Origin: Marsupella aquatica
Taxonomy: Eukaryota > Plantae > Marchantiophyta
Direction: 5' to 3'
Assembly: GCA_973895155.1 (NCBI GenBank)
Contig: OZ316891.1
Span: 523,558 to 587,557, forward strand
Length of the DNA: 64,000 nt
Shown here piece after piece: positions 1-13,006 of the stretch (within the stretch, counting starts at the first letter, position 1; each line of letters begins with the position of its first letter). The notes beneath the pieces were generated by a model that was given only the letters and a program-made list of their open reading frames with translations, was not told where the DNA came from and did not search any database. Position numbers and translations under genes: made by a program.

Positions 1-3000
1 CCGAGATGCATACGACAGAGCTACTCCTATTCCTGGAAATAATTGACGATCAAGTAAATCAACTAGCTGGAGAGTTTATTATAAATCTGGACAAATAATA
101 CAGAGGTACCAGCAACGGACAGAGACTAAAAATACACTCACTAGGTACGATTCCTTCCTCCCCAGCAGCCTTGATTGCGTTCAAAGCATCGGTTACCCGG
201 TCCTTCTTCTCACTGACCTCAACTTCACTGGCGCCCCCAACCTTAAAGATGGCAATCGACAAAGGTCAGCAACAAACTAATGCAAGAAAGGAGAAACTAT
301 CAACTTCTGAGAACAAGAGATAACATTTCATATCCAACATACCTTCATGACAGCAACGCCCCCAGAAAGCTTTGCTAAGCGCTCCTGCAGTTTTTCCTTG
401 TCGTAACCTGAGGTAGCTGACCTAATAGTTTCCCTGCTCTGCAAAGGTCATCAATGACATTCATTAGAATGAACTCGCAAAATAACAAGGGCAAATACCG
501 AGAGCCCATATAAACTGCAAGCCTAATCTTAGCACGTAACTGCTCTATGCGCTCTTCCATCAAATTTTTGTCACCGGATCCATCTAGAATGATTGTCTCA
601 TCTTTGGAGAGTGTCACCTGCAAGGGACCGAAACACATAACTACAGACAGAAAAATCCCCACATGCTACGTAATCGACTTAAGTCTGGCCTGAAAATGTC
701 TCTTGGGTAGTAAATTGTTTAATCATTGAGTTATCTCAGGTGTTAGGCAGAAATATGACGAATCAAAAAAGTAAAACACTTGTGATTGAGATACTGGGAA
801 GGTTACTCCATTGAAAAACACGATCAAGGGGGTGGCATAGAAGCACCAACTTCAAGCAGTTAAAGATATATGAGAAACGCTTATTCACGGATCTGAACCC
901 AATGACCCTATTCTACGACGACGTTTCCATAAAGCAAAATATGTTCTTACTAACCATTTTGGCTCTTCCCAGCATAATGAGCTGAATCTTTTCAAGCATC
1001 AGCCCCAAATCCTCACTGATTAATTGCATCCAATATATAAGGAAATCCGAGCTTAGAGTTGGCAAACACATACAGGCACAAAACTTAAGATTTAAAAGAC
1101 TTCCCTAGAATGTATATACTTGACCACCGGTAAGGAGAGCAAGATCTTGTAAGTAGGCCCTTCTGTTTCTCCAAATCCGGGAGCCTTAATGGCAGCCACC
1201 TGTTGCAAGAACACATCATGGTCAGCAAATACTTACATAATATTGGGGTACAATATGAGAACCATGTAAAGAAAAGAATAGCATAGATCACCCTTGCTCT
1301 TAGTGTCAGGGACAATTCGACCACTTAACTTTATTGCAATAAAAGCAGAAACCTTACATTAACACCAGCTCGCAACTTCTTCAAGATGAGAGTTGCCAAG
1401 GCTTCTCTTTCAACATCCTTAGCCACAATTAGAAGAGAGCGTTGGTCCTGCACCACAGTTCACTTTATGAATGGGTTTGAAGCTTAGAATCTGAGCTCCG
1501 TTTCAAACATCCGATAAAAGGGACTACCAGAGCAGAGAAACGTAAGTGCACTTACTCGCACAACCATCTCCAGAAGTGGCAGGATGGAATTCAGACCTGA
1601 ATTTTCTTGACATGAATCGAAATAACTGGGTTTCCCAATTCCTGTTGTGTAACCACAAGTCAGTTCAGAAAGAAATTTGTAATTTGATTTACAACAAATA
1701 TCAAACAAAGTGGACATATTTGTAAATGCTTCATGCAAGATTCCTCTGGAAAAAAAGACAGAGGGTAAAACCCATTATCGAAAGATTCTCGTCAAGGTCC
1801 AGGTTATTGAACAATTACCACTTTTGAGGACTTAATAGAGGAAGGAGATATGTAGCCTCGGGCAAGCTTCATGCCCACTACAACTGCCAGTTCGTTGTAA
1901 AGAGTTCTTCCGTCCTGCAAAATAATTTTCATCTATTACTTAAAAGAAGGAAGAACAATGGGAAATGCACAAGTTTGCACAGGCAGGACTAGTCCATTGA
2001 TCAATGGTAAGAAATGAAATCCAGACAGCATACGGTAAATGAAGAGTAAAGTACCAGACCAAGGAGAAAGCCAAGGACAATACTAGCTGACCACTGGAAA
2101 ATCTGGAAACTCGTGGCACTAATACGGGTTGAGCCGTGTAGTCACTTACAAAAACAGTAATGACTCCCTCTTTTCCAAATTTTCCATTGCCCGAGCAATC
2201 AAGTCCCCAATCTCGCTCCCCATTTACCGAAAGTGTTCCGACCTAAGATCAAATCAGTTTCAGTAGACCTTCAGGACTGTTGCGTGTACAAACTACGGAA
2301 CGAGAAACCTATCAAGTCACAGCTACTCACTTGGGCGATCTCGTCCGTTGTACTGATCATTTTGGCTCTGGTTATCAAATATGAAACAACGCCATCAATT
2401 GCTAGATCGATGCCACGCCTTAAATCCATGGTCCTGAAGGTCCTATGTACCACGCCTTAAATCCATGACCTTCTTTGAGAAAATGGTCGTCGTGAGTACA
2501 GTTGCCCATGTTGTTCCTGAACCGATGTCGTAGGAGTGTCCGTTGCAAATAGAATCTCGGTCTTCCCTCATCTGTTTCTTCAACAGCAAGAACCAAGAGA
2601 ATTTAATATGTTGGCTCACAAATGCAACCGCTGTTCATAGTTAGTCTCAATTTCTTTGAAAGCTGCTATTACCCTCGAATTCTCCGCTGGTTTCTACAAT
2701 GTCAACTTATGACTGCTCAAGTGCGACATACCATTTCCAGCAGAGTCGTTGGTAGCATTTGCAACTTGCTTCAACAAACTAGCTCCACCGTTCTTTATTC
2801 TATCCTTAAATTCAATGGCCTTTGCCACCGTCACACCATCCTTCGTAACTTTAGGGGAACCGAAACTTTGCTCAATAACCACATTTCGACCCTGTAATAG
2901 AGTTACACATTACCAAAGCTGTCAGTTACTAATAAAAGTGTAACACACCTTGCATACATATAAACATAATTACTTTCCGAGAGACAGACAACAATTACGT

Positions 3001-3143
3001 TGAGCTTCTATACCTTTGGGCCCATGGTAACCTTCACAGCATCTGCTAATTGCTCAACACCTTGGAGCATAAGGGCCCTCGCCTCGACTCGAAAGCTGAT
3101 GTCCTTCGATGCATATTTTCGCACCTGTGCTTGAATTCTGTAC
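1..3143 (-). pseudogene. HSP60: Mitochondrial chaperonin-60 pseudogene with introns retained; 3' part runs off the left edge
   Basis: Exons translate as [34 protein letters not shown] / [28 protein letters not shown] / MDLRRGIDLA / GKEGVITV / DGRTLYNEL..GMKLARGYISP / AAIKAPGFGE / [22 protein letters not shown]. Lesions: the EGCKSVAAGMNA-equivalent segment is missing, an 18-nt duplication and an in-frame TAG near 2445, and frameshifts near 2215, 2180, 1600 and 1167. Confidence 0.92.
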
Positions 3144-3432
3144 TTTCAACACCCAGTCAGACAGCAAAGGAGAGCATCTGACTGCTAACTGCGGTAAGGA
3201 CACGCTCTAGTTTCATTGCTCTGACTCCTAACGTGCTACTCGTGAATGTAGATTTACAATTCACCTCCAACGCTGTAATTTGAGGGTCTGAAATGGAGAA
3301 CACTACTTCCTCGTGCAATAGACCAGGTCTGCCTGCTAGGGACTATATGGTGAATACACATTTCAGATTTTGTCTTATTCAGAATTTTTATCCTTTTGTA
3401 TCATATACATTTTTAATTAATTTGTAAATCAC

Positions 3433-3578
3433 TTTAATTTTAGGTATTGTGGAGTATTTTAAACTTATTTTGGCAGCCCCCTTATAATTTAATAAGGTTT
3501 GTTTGTAGATCCCTTTAATTTTAGGTATTTTGGAGTATTTTGAATTTATTTTGGCAGCCCCCTTATAACTTAATAATG
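3433..3578. repeat. ~81-bp imperfect tandem duplication in AT-rich DNA
   Basis: tttaattttaggtatt(g/t)tggagtatttt..ttattttggcagcccccttataa occurs twice. Confidence 0.75.
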
Positions 3579-4077
3579 TTTGTGATCTCTTAGAGATGAA
3601 AAGAAGAGCTCCACCACTTGAACAAAGTATTATGATGAGTAAGATAAATTATTTTGAATAACATGAACACACATTGTCTTTAAGTTCCCCTCATGTCTTT
3701 CTTTCCTAAGTTTATGGTTTATATTGAAATGAGTATTCACAAGGCACATTGAATTAATTGAAATGAGTGTTATTGGCACATTGAATTTAGTGCACAAATT
3801 GTAGCATCCTGGTGTCATAAAACTTGACTATACTTTTCATTGGTCACTCTGCTTTTCTTGGCAGACACTTTAATTACATTATTTTATCCTTCTAGTTATG
3901 CTCTCATTTTTCATTTACTTTCAGATCACTACAAAAGAGTATATCAAGCATGTTCCAGGATGAGCATGCTATAATGATATATGGGTAGAGGATGGAATCT
4001 TCGGAAGTGGGCAACTGCTTACTCCATTACGTCCGGGTTAAATTTCAACGTTAACTGTTCATAGACAAGAAAGGTGT

Positions 4078-4420
4078 TGTTAGGATTTACTCTTAGGTCT
4101 AGAGTTACGACTGTACCGTAGTTAAGGCTAACCTTAGTCGCAGACTTGGTTAGGTTAGTCATGTTGTGCACACTATAACCAAGCGGTGTTTGCTTGGAGA
4201 GTGGGTACTCAGGCTCATTGTTACGGAGCTAGTTGAGAGATAGAGAGAGCTTGTGCTGTGGATGCGTGGTATGGCCGGTCGGCCTAGAGTGCAGTAAAGT
4301 TCGTGTGTGTTCCCGTGGACGTAGCCTCATGTGGAGGTGAACCATGTATCTCTCTGTGTTGACTCTTGTGCGTTGGATGGTTCATGGGCTTGCCGTTGCG
4401 ATTGTCGTCTATGCTCAACA
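4078..4420 (+). repeat. Copia 5' LTR, 343 bp
   Basis: TG...CA termini, followed 2 nt later by the PBS. Same length as, and homologous to, the solo LTR at 58588-58930. Confidence 0.92.
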
Positions 4421-6077
4421 ATTGGTATCAGAGCATGCCTGGGAGGTGACGAGGTTTTTTTTTGTAACGGTTTTCCTGCGTTCATTGTCGGTGATGCATT
4501 TGGAGTTTCATTGCATGAAACTTGAATGTGTATAGCTGAGCGGATAGATTAGTGAGAGGGCTTTCTATCGGTGTATAGAACTCACTGGTTGGTATCTGTG
4601 GTGCGGAGGAATCGGAGTTTGAGTCGTTCTGAAGTTTTTTTCATGTTCGATGATTTTTCGGGGGGAGAGACCAGAGCTTGTGTTTTCAACGGTGTGAGCT
4701 GTGCGGAGCAGGGGACGTCACATGTTATAGCTCAAGTTGGAGGTTGTGGCGAGCTGGTCGTTTTGGTAGCTGAGTTGCTGCCGAGTGGTTATCGAGTGCG
4801 TCGTGATGATTGAAAGAGGCGTTCAGATTTTTTCACAGGCTATGGAGCTTGTTCCCATCTGAACCGGGTTTTCACGTCGTGACGTCAAACTCGGAGAAAG
4901 AAGCGTGAAGTGCTAAGGCTCAACCGAGAGATCGCGGTGCAGTGGTCGTTTTGAGTCCCGGGATTGGCACTTGATGCGAAGAGAGTGAGTGTGACACGGC
5001 GGAGGTTTTTTCTCTATTGGAGCTGCAGACTGAGCCGGTGAAATTTGGCAACTTCTTCCGTCGGTGGTAGTCACTTTTCTATCGTGTAATTGCGAGCGGC
5101 AAGGTGTGTAACCCCCGGTGTAACCATCATTTTCCTTTAAAATGGCATTTTTGGGGGTTACTTTAGGACAATTGTTTCACCCAGCCTTTGCCCGTCGTTC
5201 ACCCAGCCGGCAGCCACGAGACGGCTTAGCCCTCTCGAAGAGGGCTTCTTTCCCTCAGGGCCCAATTTTTGTGTAGATGGCTGCGTACGCAGCTGCTCCC
5301 CCTTGTGCCCCTGTACGCCCTCCCGCCCGTGGCCCGCCATACGCCCCGGCCCGGCCCTTTATACATGTATTTTTTCCGAAAGGGGTTCTGAACCCCTTTA
5401 AGGCCCGTTTTTAAAGTGTTTTTCCTGGTTTGTTATTGGTTATCCCGGGCCCGGTGACCCTCCGTTTTAACCGCTTGGACAGGGGGAACTGCCCCATGTG
5501 AGACCTACGGTACTGTACAGAGAATATTCTTGAAAAATAGAGAGTTGTTTTTTGGCCGTCCGACAAAGATTCTGCGCGCTGAACGGTAACTTTTCGGTTC
5601 TTTTTCGGCGAGGTTGTAGCCATTGAAGTTAGCAACGCGGCGCGCCAATCGAATTGCAATTCTGATGATGGATTGTACTTGGCTTTTTGGTTATTCCCTG
5701 AGGTGGTCAAAATGGGGGAGTTTCCCAAGGTTTTATCCACCCCGACCCAAATTTGTATAACTTTTTTGTCGAAGTTTGTTTTTGATTTTGGTTTTCAGTG
5801 TTGGACTCCTAGCTTCGTGGGCTACGCGGCGGTGTTTAGTTTTGAGTTTTTTGAGAAGTTGTGGAAAACGTCATTTTTTCATGATTTTCTTATATGAGTG
5901 ATTTGGAGGAGATTTTTGAAGACGTGGAACTTGAAGCACGAGGATCACCGCAAAGGTTTGAGGTGGAGAGAGAGGAGCAGGAGGAAGAGCATGTGATACC
6001 GGTACCATCACCAGTGCGGTGTGTGGTGGAGGAAGCAGTTCTACTACCATGAGCTCACGGTAGTGCCAAAGAAGAAG

Positions 6078-7716
6078 ATGGGTACGTTCAAGCTTGGGGG
6101 ACCCAAGTATGAAGTGACAAAGTATGATGGGTGCTCTGACTACTTGCTCTGGGAGAAGCAGGTGAAGAGAGTGTTCTATGCTTCAGGGATGGGCCAACTG
6201 CTGAGCCCTCATGAAGTTGATGTTGATAAGAAACAATGAGATTGCATGCAGGAGCAGGGAGTGTGGTGTGTTACACTCTATCTCATGCCTCCCATCATCA
6301 AGCAGTTGGGAGCACATAAGGATTGCATGTCCTTGTTTGTGGAATTGCAAAGCAAGTATCACTGCAAGGAGTTGTCGAACTGGCTCTACACTTCCTATAA
6401 AATGATGAGTTTCAGGATGAAGGAAATCGGTACAAAGTTGCAGGACCATGTGGATGCTTTCAACGACATGGTTGTTGACTTGGAAAATCTTGGGAAGACT
6501 TTGAAGAATGAGACGAAGGCCCTGCAGCTTCTCAGGTCATTGCCTCCATCTTACCAATTACTATCACGGGTGTTGTTGCATCATGATAGGGATACCATTT
6601 CATACAATGACGTGGTGAGTTCTCTGCTTAGTGATGATCTTCAACAGAATATGTACATCATGTCATAGCCTTCATCATCTAGTGCTGCCCTCAATGTGAA
6701 CCGTGGGAGGAGTATGCAACAACCAACTGGGGACCGTAGAACCCAGTTTAGATCTAAATCAAGATCTAAGTCCAGGGGCAAATCCCCTCAGAGGAGGCAG
6801 GTGACATGTTGGAAGTGCAAGCAGGTCGGACACTTCAAGCGAGACTATAAGGGAAAGGCAACTGAATCTTCATCGGCAAATGTGGCTAGGGCTGATGGAG
6901 ATGTTGATTTACTCAATGATGAGTATGTATTATGAAGCCAAGGGTATGTCATGTGCACATCATCTAGGAGAGCAGATGATGTGTGGATTCTTGATTGTGC
7001 TTGCTCTTTTCACATTTGTTATATTCATGAGTTTTTCAGTTTTTACTTTGTTTCAAACGGTTCAGTTCTGATGGGAAATGATCACTCCTCTCAAATTGAG
7101 GGTATTAGGTCTGTTAAGATTCAAATGTTTGATGGAGCTGTGCGCACAGTGTCCGGAGTCAGGTATGTACCTGGCATGCGTAAGAATCTGATTTTACGAT
7201 GTGTTGGATTCAAATGGTCATCAATGGAGCGTTATTGATGGTGAACTTCAAGTCAAGTCGAGAGAGACAGTGATTTTGAAGGGGAGCAGACAGAAGAATT
7301 TGTATGTATTGCGGGATAATACTTTATGTGGAGAGGCCAATGTAACCAAGTCTCACGAGGAGATGACTCAACTATGGCATTCACGGCTAGGCCACATGAG
7401 TGAGAAGGGTTTGGCTATCTTACGAAAGAATGGACTCATTTTTTATTTGCAATCTTATAAATTAGAATTCTGTGAGCATTGCATTCTTGGAAAGCATCAT
7501 CGTCGTGCTTTTGGTGTTGGAACTCATCGTTCTAAGGCGGTTCTTGAGTACATACATAGTGACATGTGGGGTCCATCCCCGACTCCCTCACACTCTGGAA
7601 AGTTGTACTATGTATCATTTATTGACGATTACTCAAGATTTGTGTGGATTTATTTCATGACGCATAAGTCTGATGTCTTGTCCATTTTTAAGAAGTGGAA
7701 GGCCTAGGTGGAGAAT
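6078..7716 (+). pseudogene. Copia gag-protease-integrase, N-terminal half, with stops and frameshifts
   Basis: KYEVTKYDG..DYLLW; LLRSLPPSY; Zn knuckle CWKCKQVGHFKRDY; protease WILDCACSFHI; GAG-pre-integrase LWHSRLGHMSE; CEHCILGK; EYIHSDMWGP; FIDDYSR. Stops abruptly after WKA*VEN. Confidence 0.92.
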
Positions 7717-9936
7717 GTCGAGCGCATACACATCGCTACACAACATACAACGTTTGTCACATACATCCAGACATAGTCACACTGTCACATCACAAACACA
7801 AGAGAGTGGAATACAAGTGGAACTCATGTCCACACATGTCCGTACAGTAGTAGAGTTTGAGCGATCTTTCAATGTAATCTTCTCAACAATCGGTACAACG
7901 ATCCTGGTCAATAATACCCCATCGATCCCGCACCGATCCGATCACATATGTATGTCAAGCCAACGCACCTTGCACTACTCAAGGAATCCACGTTACACAA
8001 GCGAAGCTCACAGCCACCATAGCCACAAGCTCCTCTCTCTCCAAGGCTCAACATTGAAAGATAACCTTTCAATGCCTCACAAGAGAGAAGTAACCTCTCA
8101 CACAAACCTAACGGAACCTTATCAACTCATATAGCACACATACCAAACATACGGATATAGATAGTACGATACACTCTAACACTACCTAGAATGGTGTGAT
8201 AGCTATCGTGCGCATACACATCGCTACACAACATACATCACTTGTCACATACATCCAGACATAGTCACACTGCCACATCACAAACACAAGAGAATGGAAT
8301 ACAAGTGGAACTCATGTCCACACATGTCCAAAACCCACAATCGCCCCCCTAGCTGGGAGTAAGGTCCCTAACTCTAGCTAGCCATGAGTTCTACAAGGTT
8401 GATATACACCTTTTTAGGTGTGAAGATTAGGAGGCCGGGTGCAAGTGAGCCCCATCGATCACCTACCTGCAATCCATATCTTCCAAGAGAACACAACCGA
8501 CAACTAGTCAGATTCACCGACATTGAGGACACAACCATGATCCACAGGAATCACCTGCAATCGATCACCTACCTGCAATCCATATCTTCCAAGAGAACAC
8601 AACCATGATCCACTAGGAATCACCTGCAATGGTGGTGTCAAACATGACATGTGTCATCCTCTAGAACACTTATCATAAATCAACATAGTAGCTGCTCCCT
8701 AAGCAGATCCACACAACATACACTTCAAGCTAGCACGAACATGTGCCAAGCTTGGATCTACTGTACCATCAATGTTGGGAAGGTGATATGGTGCACAGTT
8801 GCGCACATGATCCTTCCAAACCATACCATCGCGTCCCTCCAACATCAGGACACCAGAAGGCAACACTTCACGCACACGTAAGATTGTCCGGCTTGTAGTC
8901 ACATCAAGTGTCGTGGGTGCTGTCTGCTGCAAATAAACATAATCACCATGATAAAATTGTCGAATGCTTGCAAGGTAACCTCCTCCACGAATAGTGGCAT
9001 ACCTCAAAGTATCACGATGTTGGGCAATGGCAAGGTTGTCAAAAGCCATGGGCATCACTCTCTGAAATACCCGTGCTCTCTCTGAACACACCTTGACCCA
9101 AACATCAGGATCATCCAAGGTCACAATTGATGCAACATCACGAAGAATAGTCGCTGGCAAATCTGGCTCTCTACCATAGAGCAAAAAGTAAGGTGAGAAG
9201 GATGCAAGTGATGCTTGCCGACTGAAACGGTAGCCCATAGCTAACCAAGGTAGTTGGAGATCCCAATCTCCCAGATGACCAACCTGCAAGCCATACTTAC
9301 GCAATCATCTCTTCATAGTTTGCACCACTCTCTCAGCTAATCCATCTGTTTCAGGATAATCACGAGAGGTAGTACGATGATCAATCAGAGCTTGCCCACA
9401 CAAATTCTCAAACTCTCCACGGAACTCAGTTCCCTGATCAGTCAACACCTCAACTGGTACTCCAAAATGACTGAGTACACAATCCAAAAATCTGGCAACG
9501 CCACTAGCTCAATCCACTTGGAGAAGTGCTCCACCATGACCAAAACATATCGATTATGTCGTTGGGTAAGAGGTAATGGACCAGCAAAGTCCAATCTCCA
9601 TCTGTACCCCAAACCCATGATCGGCAATGGATGCAACTGGGGAGTGGGAGCATTAAATGATGCTCTCACTCTATCACATACCACACACTTAACTATCAAC
9701 TGTTGGACATGAGTGTGCATACCACGCCACCAATACTGTGTCTGCAGCAAGCTGTAAGTGCGCTTCACACCAAAGTGATCCAACTCCTCGTGCGCATGTC
9801 GCACCAAATGTACTCGTTGTGATGGTTTTGGTACCACCAACACCCTACCATCATGCAGTACTCTCAGAAGATGGTTTCCCTCCCATTGAAACCTCTTGGC
9901 TCTCTGTAGAACCCTGTCACGTTCTTTGGCGTTCAC
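7717..9936 (-). mobile_element. Ty3/Gypsy 3' fragment: integrase, PHD finger, PPT and LTR, inverted inside the Copia element
   Basis: Integrase zinc finger AHEELDHFG..YWWRGM..CVVC; LDFAGPLP; VLTDQGTEF; GLAERVVQT; SPYFLLYGREP. PPT (minus-strand AGGGGGG, ~8343-8351), then an LTR starting TGTGGGTTTT at 8339 and ending ..GTACGGACA at ~7837, then ~120 bp of a second LTR copy (7717-7836). Confidence 0.88.
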
Positions 9937-12741
9937 TTGGATGGTTCATGGGCTTGCCATTGCGATTGTCGTCTATGCTCAACAGGTGCGTGGTGCACAG
10001 AGAAACTTGAGTGATCTGCCATCTTCTACCGCACTGTCAAAGTAAATGAGAACGTATTAATTTGCGCAAACATGTGCTTGCTATCACCGGTAACGAAATC
10101 AAACTAAATCAAAATATTGAAAATTCGAGCAGCTATGTATACTGCTTTGAGAGTCATTGCCTAACTAGCAAACTTCCCCAGGATTCTTCTTCCATGATGC
10201 ACCACTCTCTTCAACTCAATTCCATACAACTTTTGGTTTTTTGAGAATACTTGGAAAATGACATAGAACCCTCAATTTAAGGAATACTGAATTATTAGAT
10301 TAATTCTAGTTTTATCTAAATATAATTAGGTAATGAATGATCAGCCTCTTCAACATTTTTGGAGATAAACTCTAAAACCTCAATGTTTTGTGGCAAGATT
10401 CTTATATAAAAGCATCACTACATTGTATCAAGTAACTCTTGATCCATTGTCAAATTCAATATTTAAATTGGGGTGGTACTAAATTGCTTCATATCATTAG
10501 GCAGTCGGAGACTCACATTATTTATCATCTTAATCTATTGTTCATTGTCTCAATGGTTTATTTCAGTTAAAGTCATGATTGTAAACAACTACAGAAACAC
10601 TGTGATAAGACTACAACAAAGACACGCACAGGGTGCGTAAATGAGCCTACAATCATGCAACCAATAATTAATTACATTCCTTTGGTATCTCTTGGTATTC
10701 CTTTATCTATAGTAGTCAATTAGTTAGTGGACCCCTTAGTTTCATGTTCTCCGGGTTATGTTGGTGGATGTGATCAGAGAGTTCTGCTGGTATTGGACCT
10801 TTTTCAGCTTTCAAGTATTTCTCTGTGCTTGTCCATGAGAAACAATTCCACTTTTGATACGTACGTGTTGCATTATTTTTGAGGTGCAGTGAGGGATCAC
10901 TTGAGATACTACAGAAACTCTGTGAGCACTTTGAATGGAGCAGAGAGTATGTAAATGTGTCAAGGTTCACATCTTCGTAATTATCATCCCCTTTAAGAAT
11001 CAACTGTTTGCAGCAACTTTCATTCTTTCGAATTCTCATACTAATGAACCTTAGATACTAGTCCGAGTACCAAAAGCTATCACCTCATGGAGGGAACCCA
11101 AGACCCATTCAATTGGTATCGATTGCAGTACCAAGTTGCATAGTCAGGTCGGTCTTAATCTGTGATCTAGACAAGCTTTCTAGATGGTCAAGAAAAGTTG
11201 GTTGTGAAGAGCAGGAGTCACAGACTGGGCAATGGCCGTTTGTGAAATTAGATTGGCTTTCCAGTAATAAGATCGAGAAAAGCTCAAGAGACAGACCAGT
11301 TTGATTGTCAATGAATATGTCATTTCGATGAATTGGCTTTGAAATACACTGTATAGTCTGGACGTAAGTAGGTCAATGCAGCCAAAGAATTGGAGTTCAA
11401 TCGCCTGCTCATTCAATCATCATCAAAATTGCAAACCTAACTTCGTGCATCTCCATTAATTCCATGACACCCTCGTTAGATTCGACATCTACTGCATACT
11501 TTCAGCATCCCACCTCGCCGGTCATAAGTTTTACAAAGCGAATGTCATGCATCGAGGCTGGTGAAAGAAAAATTGCAATCTCTCTATTTCTCTCCAAGTT
11601 CTAGGTCCCTAGGTTCTAAGTCTCTGTGCACTATCTCAATGACAAATCAGGATGGGCAGTTGGTTATGGTAACTAAAATGGTTATGTCAAATAAAATTAC
11701 ATTATGTTTTATGATATGGCGCCCTAGATTTTACCAAGAACTTGCCACAAACACGAAATTAGGAGTTATTTAAATTTGGAAAAAAGTTTGTTCTTGTTTG
11801 CAGCATGCCATGATGACATGGTGCACTGCGGAGTCTCGAATTTTGAAAGGGACCTCCAATGGGGTCCGTAAAGAGTTTCTTATGTTCTCTTGGTGTTCCT
11901 TTTTCCATGATAACCAAATGGTTTTTTACATTACCTTGGTAAATGTTACAATAGTTGAAGATTTTCTTTCTACCCATGGTTATTCCACAAATCGCTAATT
12001 AAATAGAAAACTCATACAATCTATTGGAAAACACTTATGTATCAATCACAACCCATCCAAAGGTTATTTTCTTTTACCCCCCTTTTCACCTCTTTCTTTG
12101 AATGTTTATTTGAAATGTTATTTTTCAGTTTTCAATTGTTTTTACAGTTACAAGGTCTAACAGTTGTTTGACTTGTTTCAACCACACATAGTATTATTTG
12201 GTGCCTTTTGTATAACAAATCATTCTTGTTTGTGACCAACTGATGTGAGTGCTCGTGCTTCCAGGGATTTTGGAAGGAACTTCCCATGAGGGTCCATAAT
12301 CAAGTCACCTCATACTCGCCATCAGAAGAACATTCCACCTCCTACCACCTACCACTTACCAGACTAATAGAGCAACCCCAGAACATCTACTGTAGCCATC
12401 CTATATAGAAAATCTGATTCCCCTCCGTGGAATCCATCTAAGTCTAATGTCCTCTACTATTTCTTTGGCTCAGAGCAGTGTGTTTAGGGTTTAGTGAGTG
12501 TCTTAGTCTTCTCTTTTGTCATGCTAATTAAATGTAAAGTCAAGAATTTAACTAAGTTGTTTGATTATTCTTTTCTCTTTTGTCATGTAATGCAGTCATT
12601 ACACTTTCATTCTTTTACTATTCACTTTTGAAAGATTCTTTTCTCTTTTTCAACTTAAAAAGTAGTTTAGTTAGGGTTTCCACTCACTCCCCTCTTATTT
12701 TCTTACTGTTCACTCTTGTATGAAATCACATTTTCTACTTT

Positions 12742-12840
12742 TCAACTAAAAACGTTGATGTTTGCGACTTTTCACCCTGACGCTATTGAGTTGTTTCTGT
12801 CTCACTCAACTGAAAACGTTGATGTTTGCGTCTTTTCACT
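12742..12840. repeat. Direct repeat pair (~34 bp)
   Basis: tcaact(a/g)aaaacgttgatgtttgcg(a/t)cttttcac occurs twice, ~64 bp apart. Confidence 0.7.
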
Positions 12841-13006
12841 CAGACTCTAATTTTTTTTTTGTCTTTCACTCCAAGAATATTAAAAATCAGAGTGGTTTTT
12901 TTTGGCAAATGTTTTTTAATTGCGCGAAGTCAGTACGACATTAGGTGGAGGACTAGGAAGGGAGTCGTCGTAGTTCTACGATATGGGACGCGTCCTTATG
13001 GAGTGA

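Larger units (their letters stand above)
4078..9984 (+). mobile_element. Ty1/Copia LTR retrotransposon, defective and internally rearranged
   Basis: 5' LTR 4078-4420 (TGTTAG...CAACA). PBS TGGTATCAGAGC (tRNA-Met-i type) at 4423-4434. Degenerate gag-PR-INT at 6078-7716. Last 48 bp of a 3' LTR at 9937-9984. Flanks GGTGT (4073-4077) and GGTGC (9985-9989) form a 4/5 TSD. Confidence 0.9.

Noticed and set aside
5411-5897. ORFs in the Copia leader
   Set aside because: Low-complexity composition and no domain signature.
6933-6950. In-frame TGA between Copia gag and protease as programmed readthrough
   Set aside because: The context TGA-AGC is not a recognised readthrough signal and the element has several other stops. 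It cannot be told from decay without other copies.
10250-12500. Possible very old Gypsy remnants (NNVSLRLPND, W.GPFKI-like strings on the minus strand)
   Set aside because: Too short and frameshifted to support a call.
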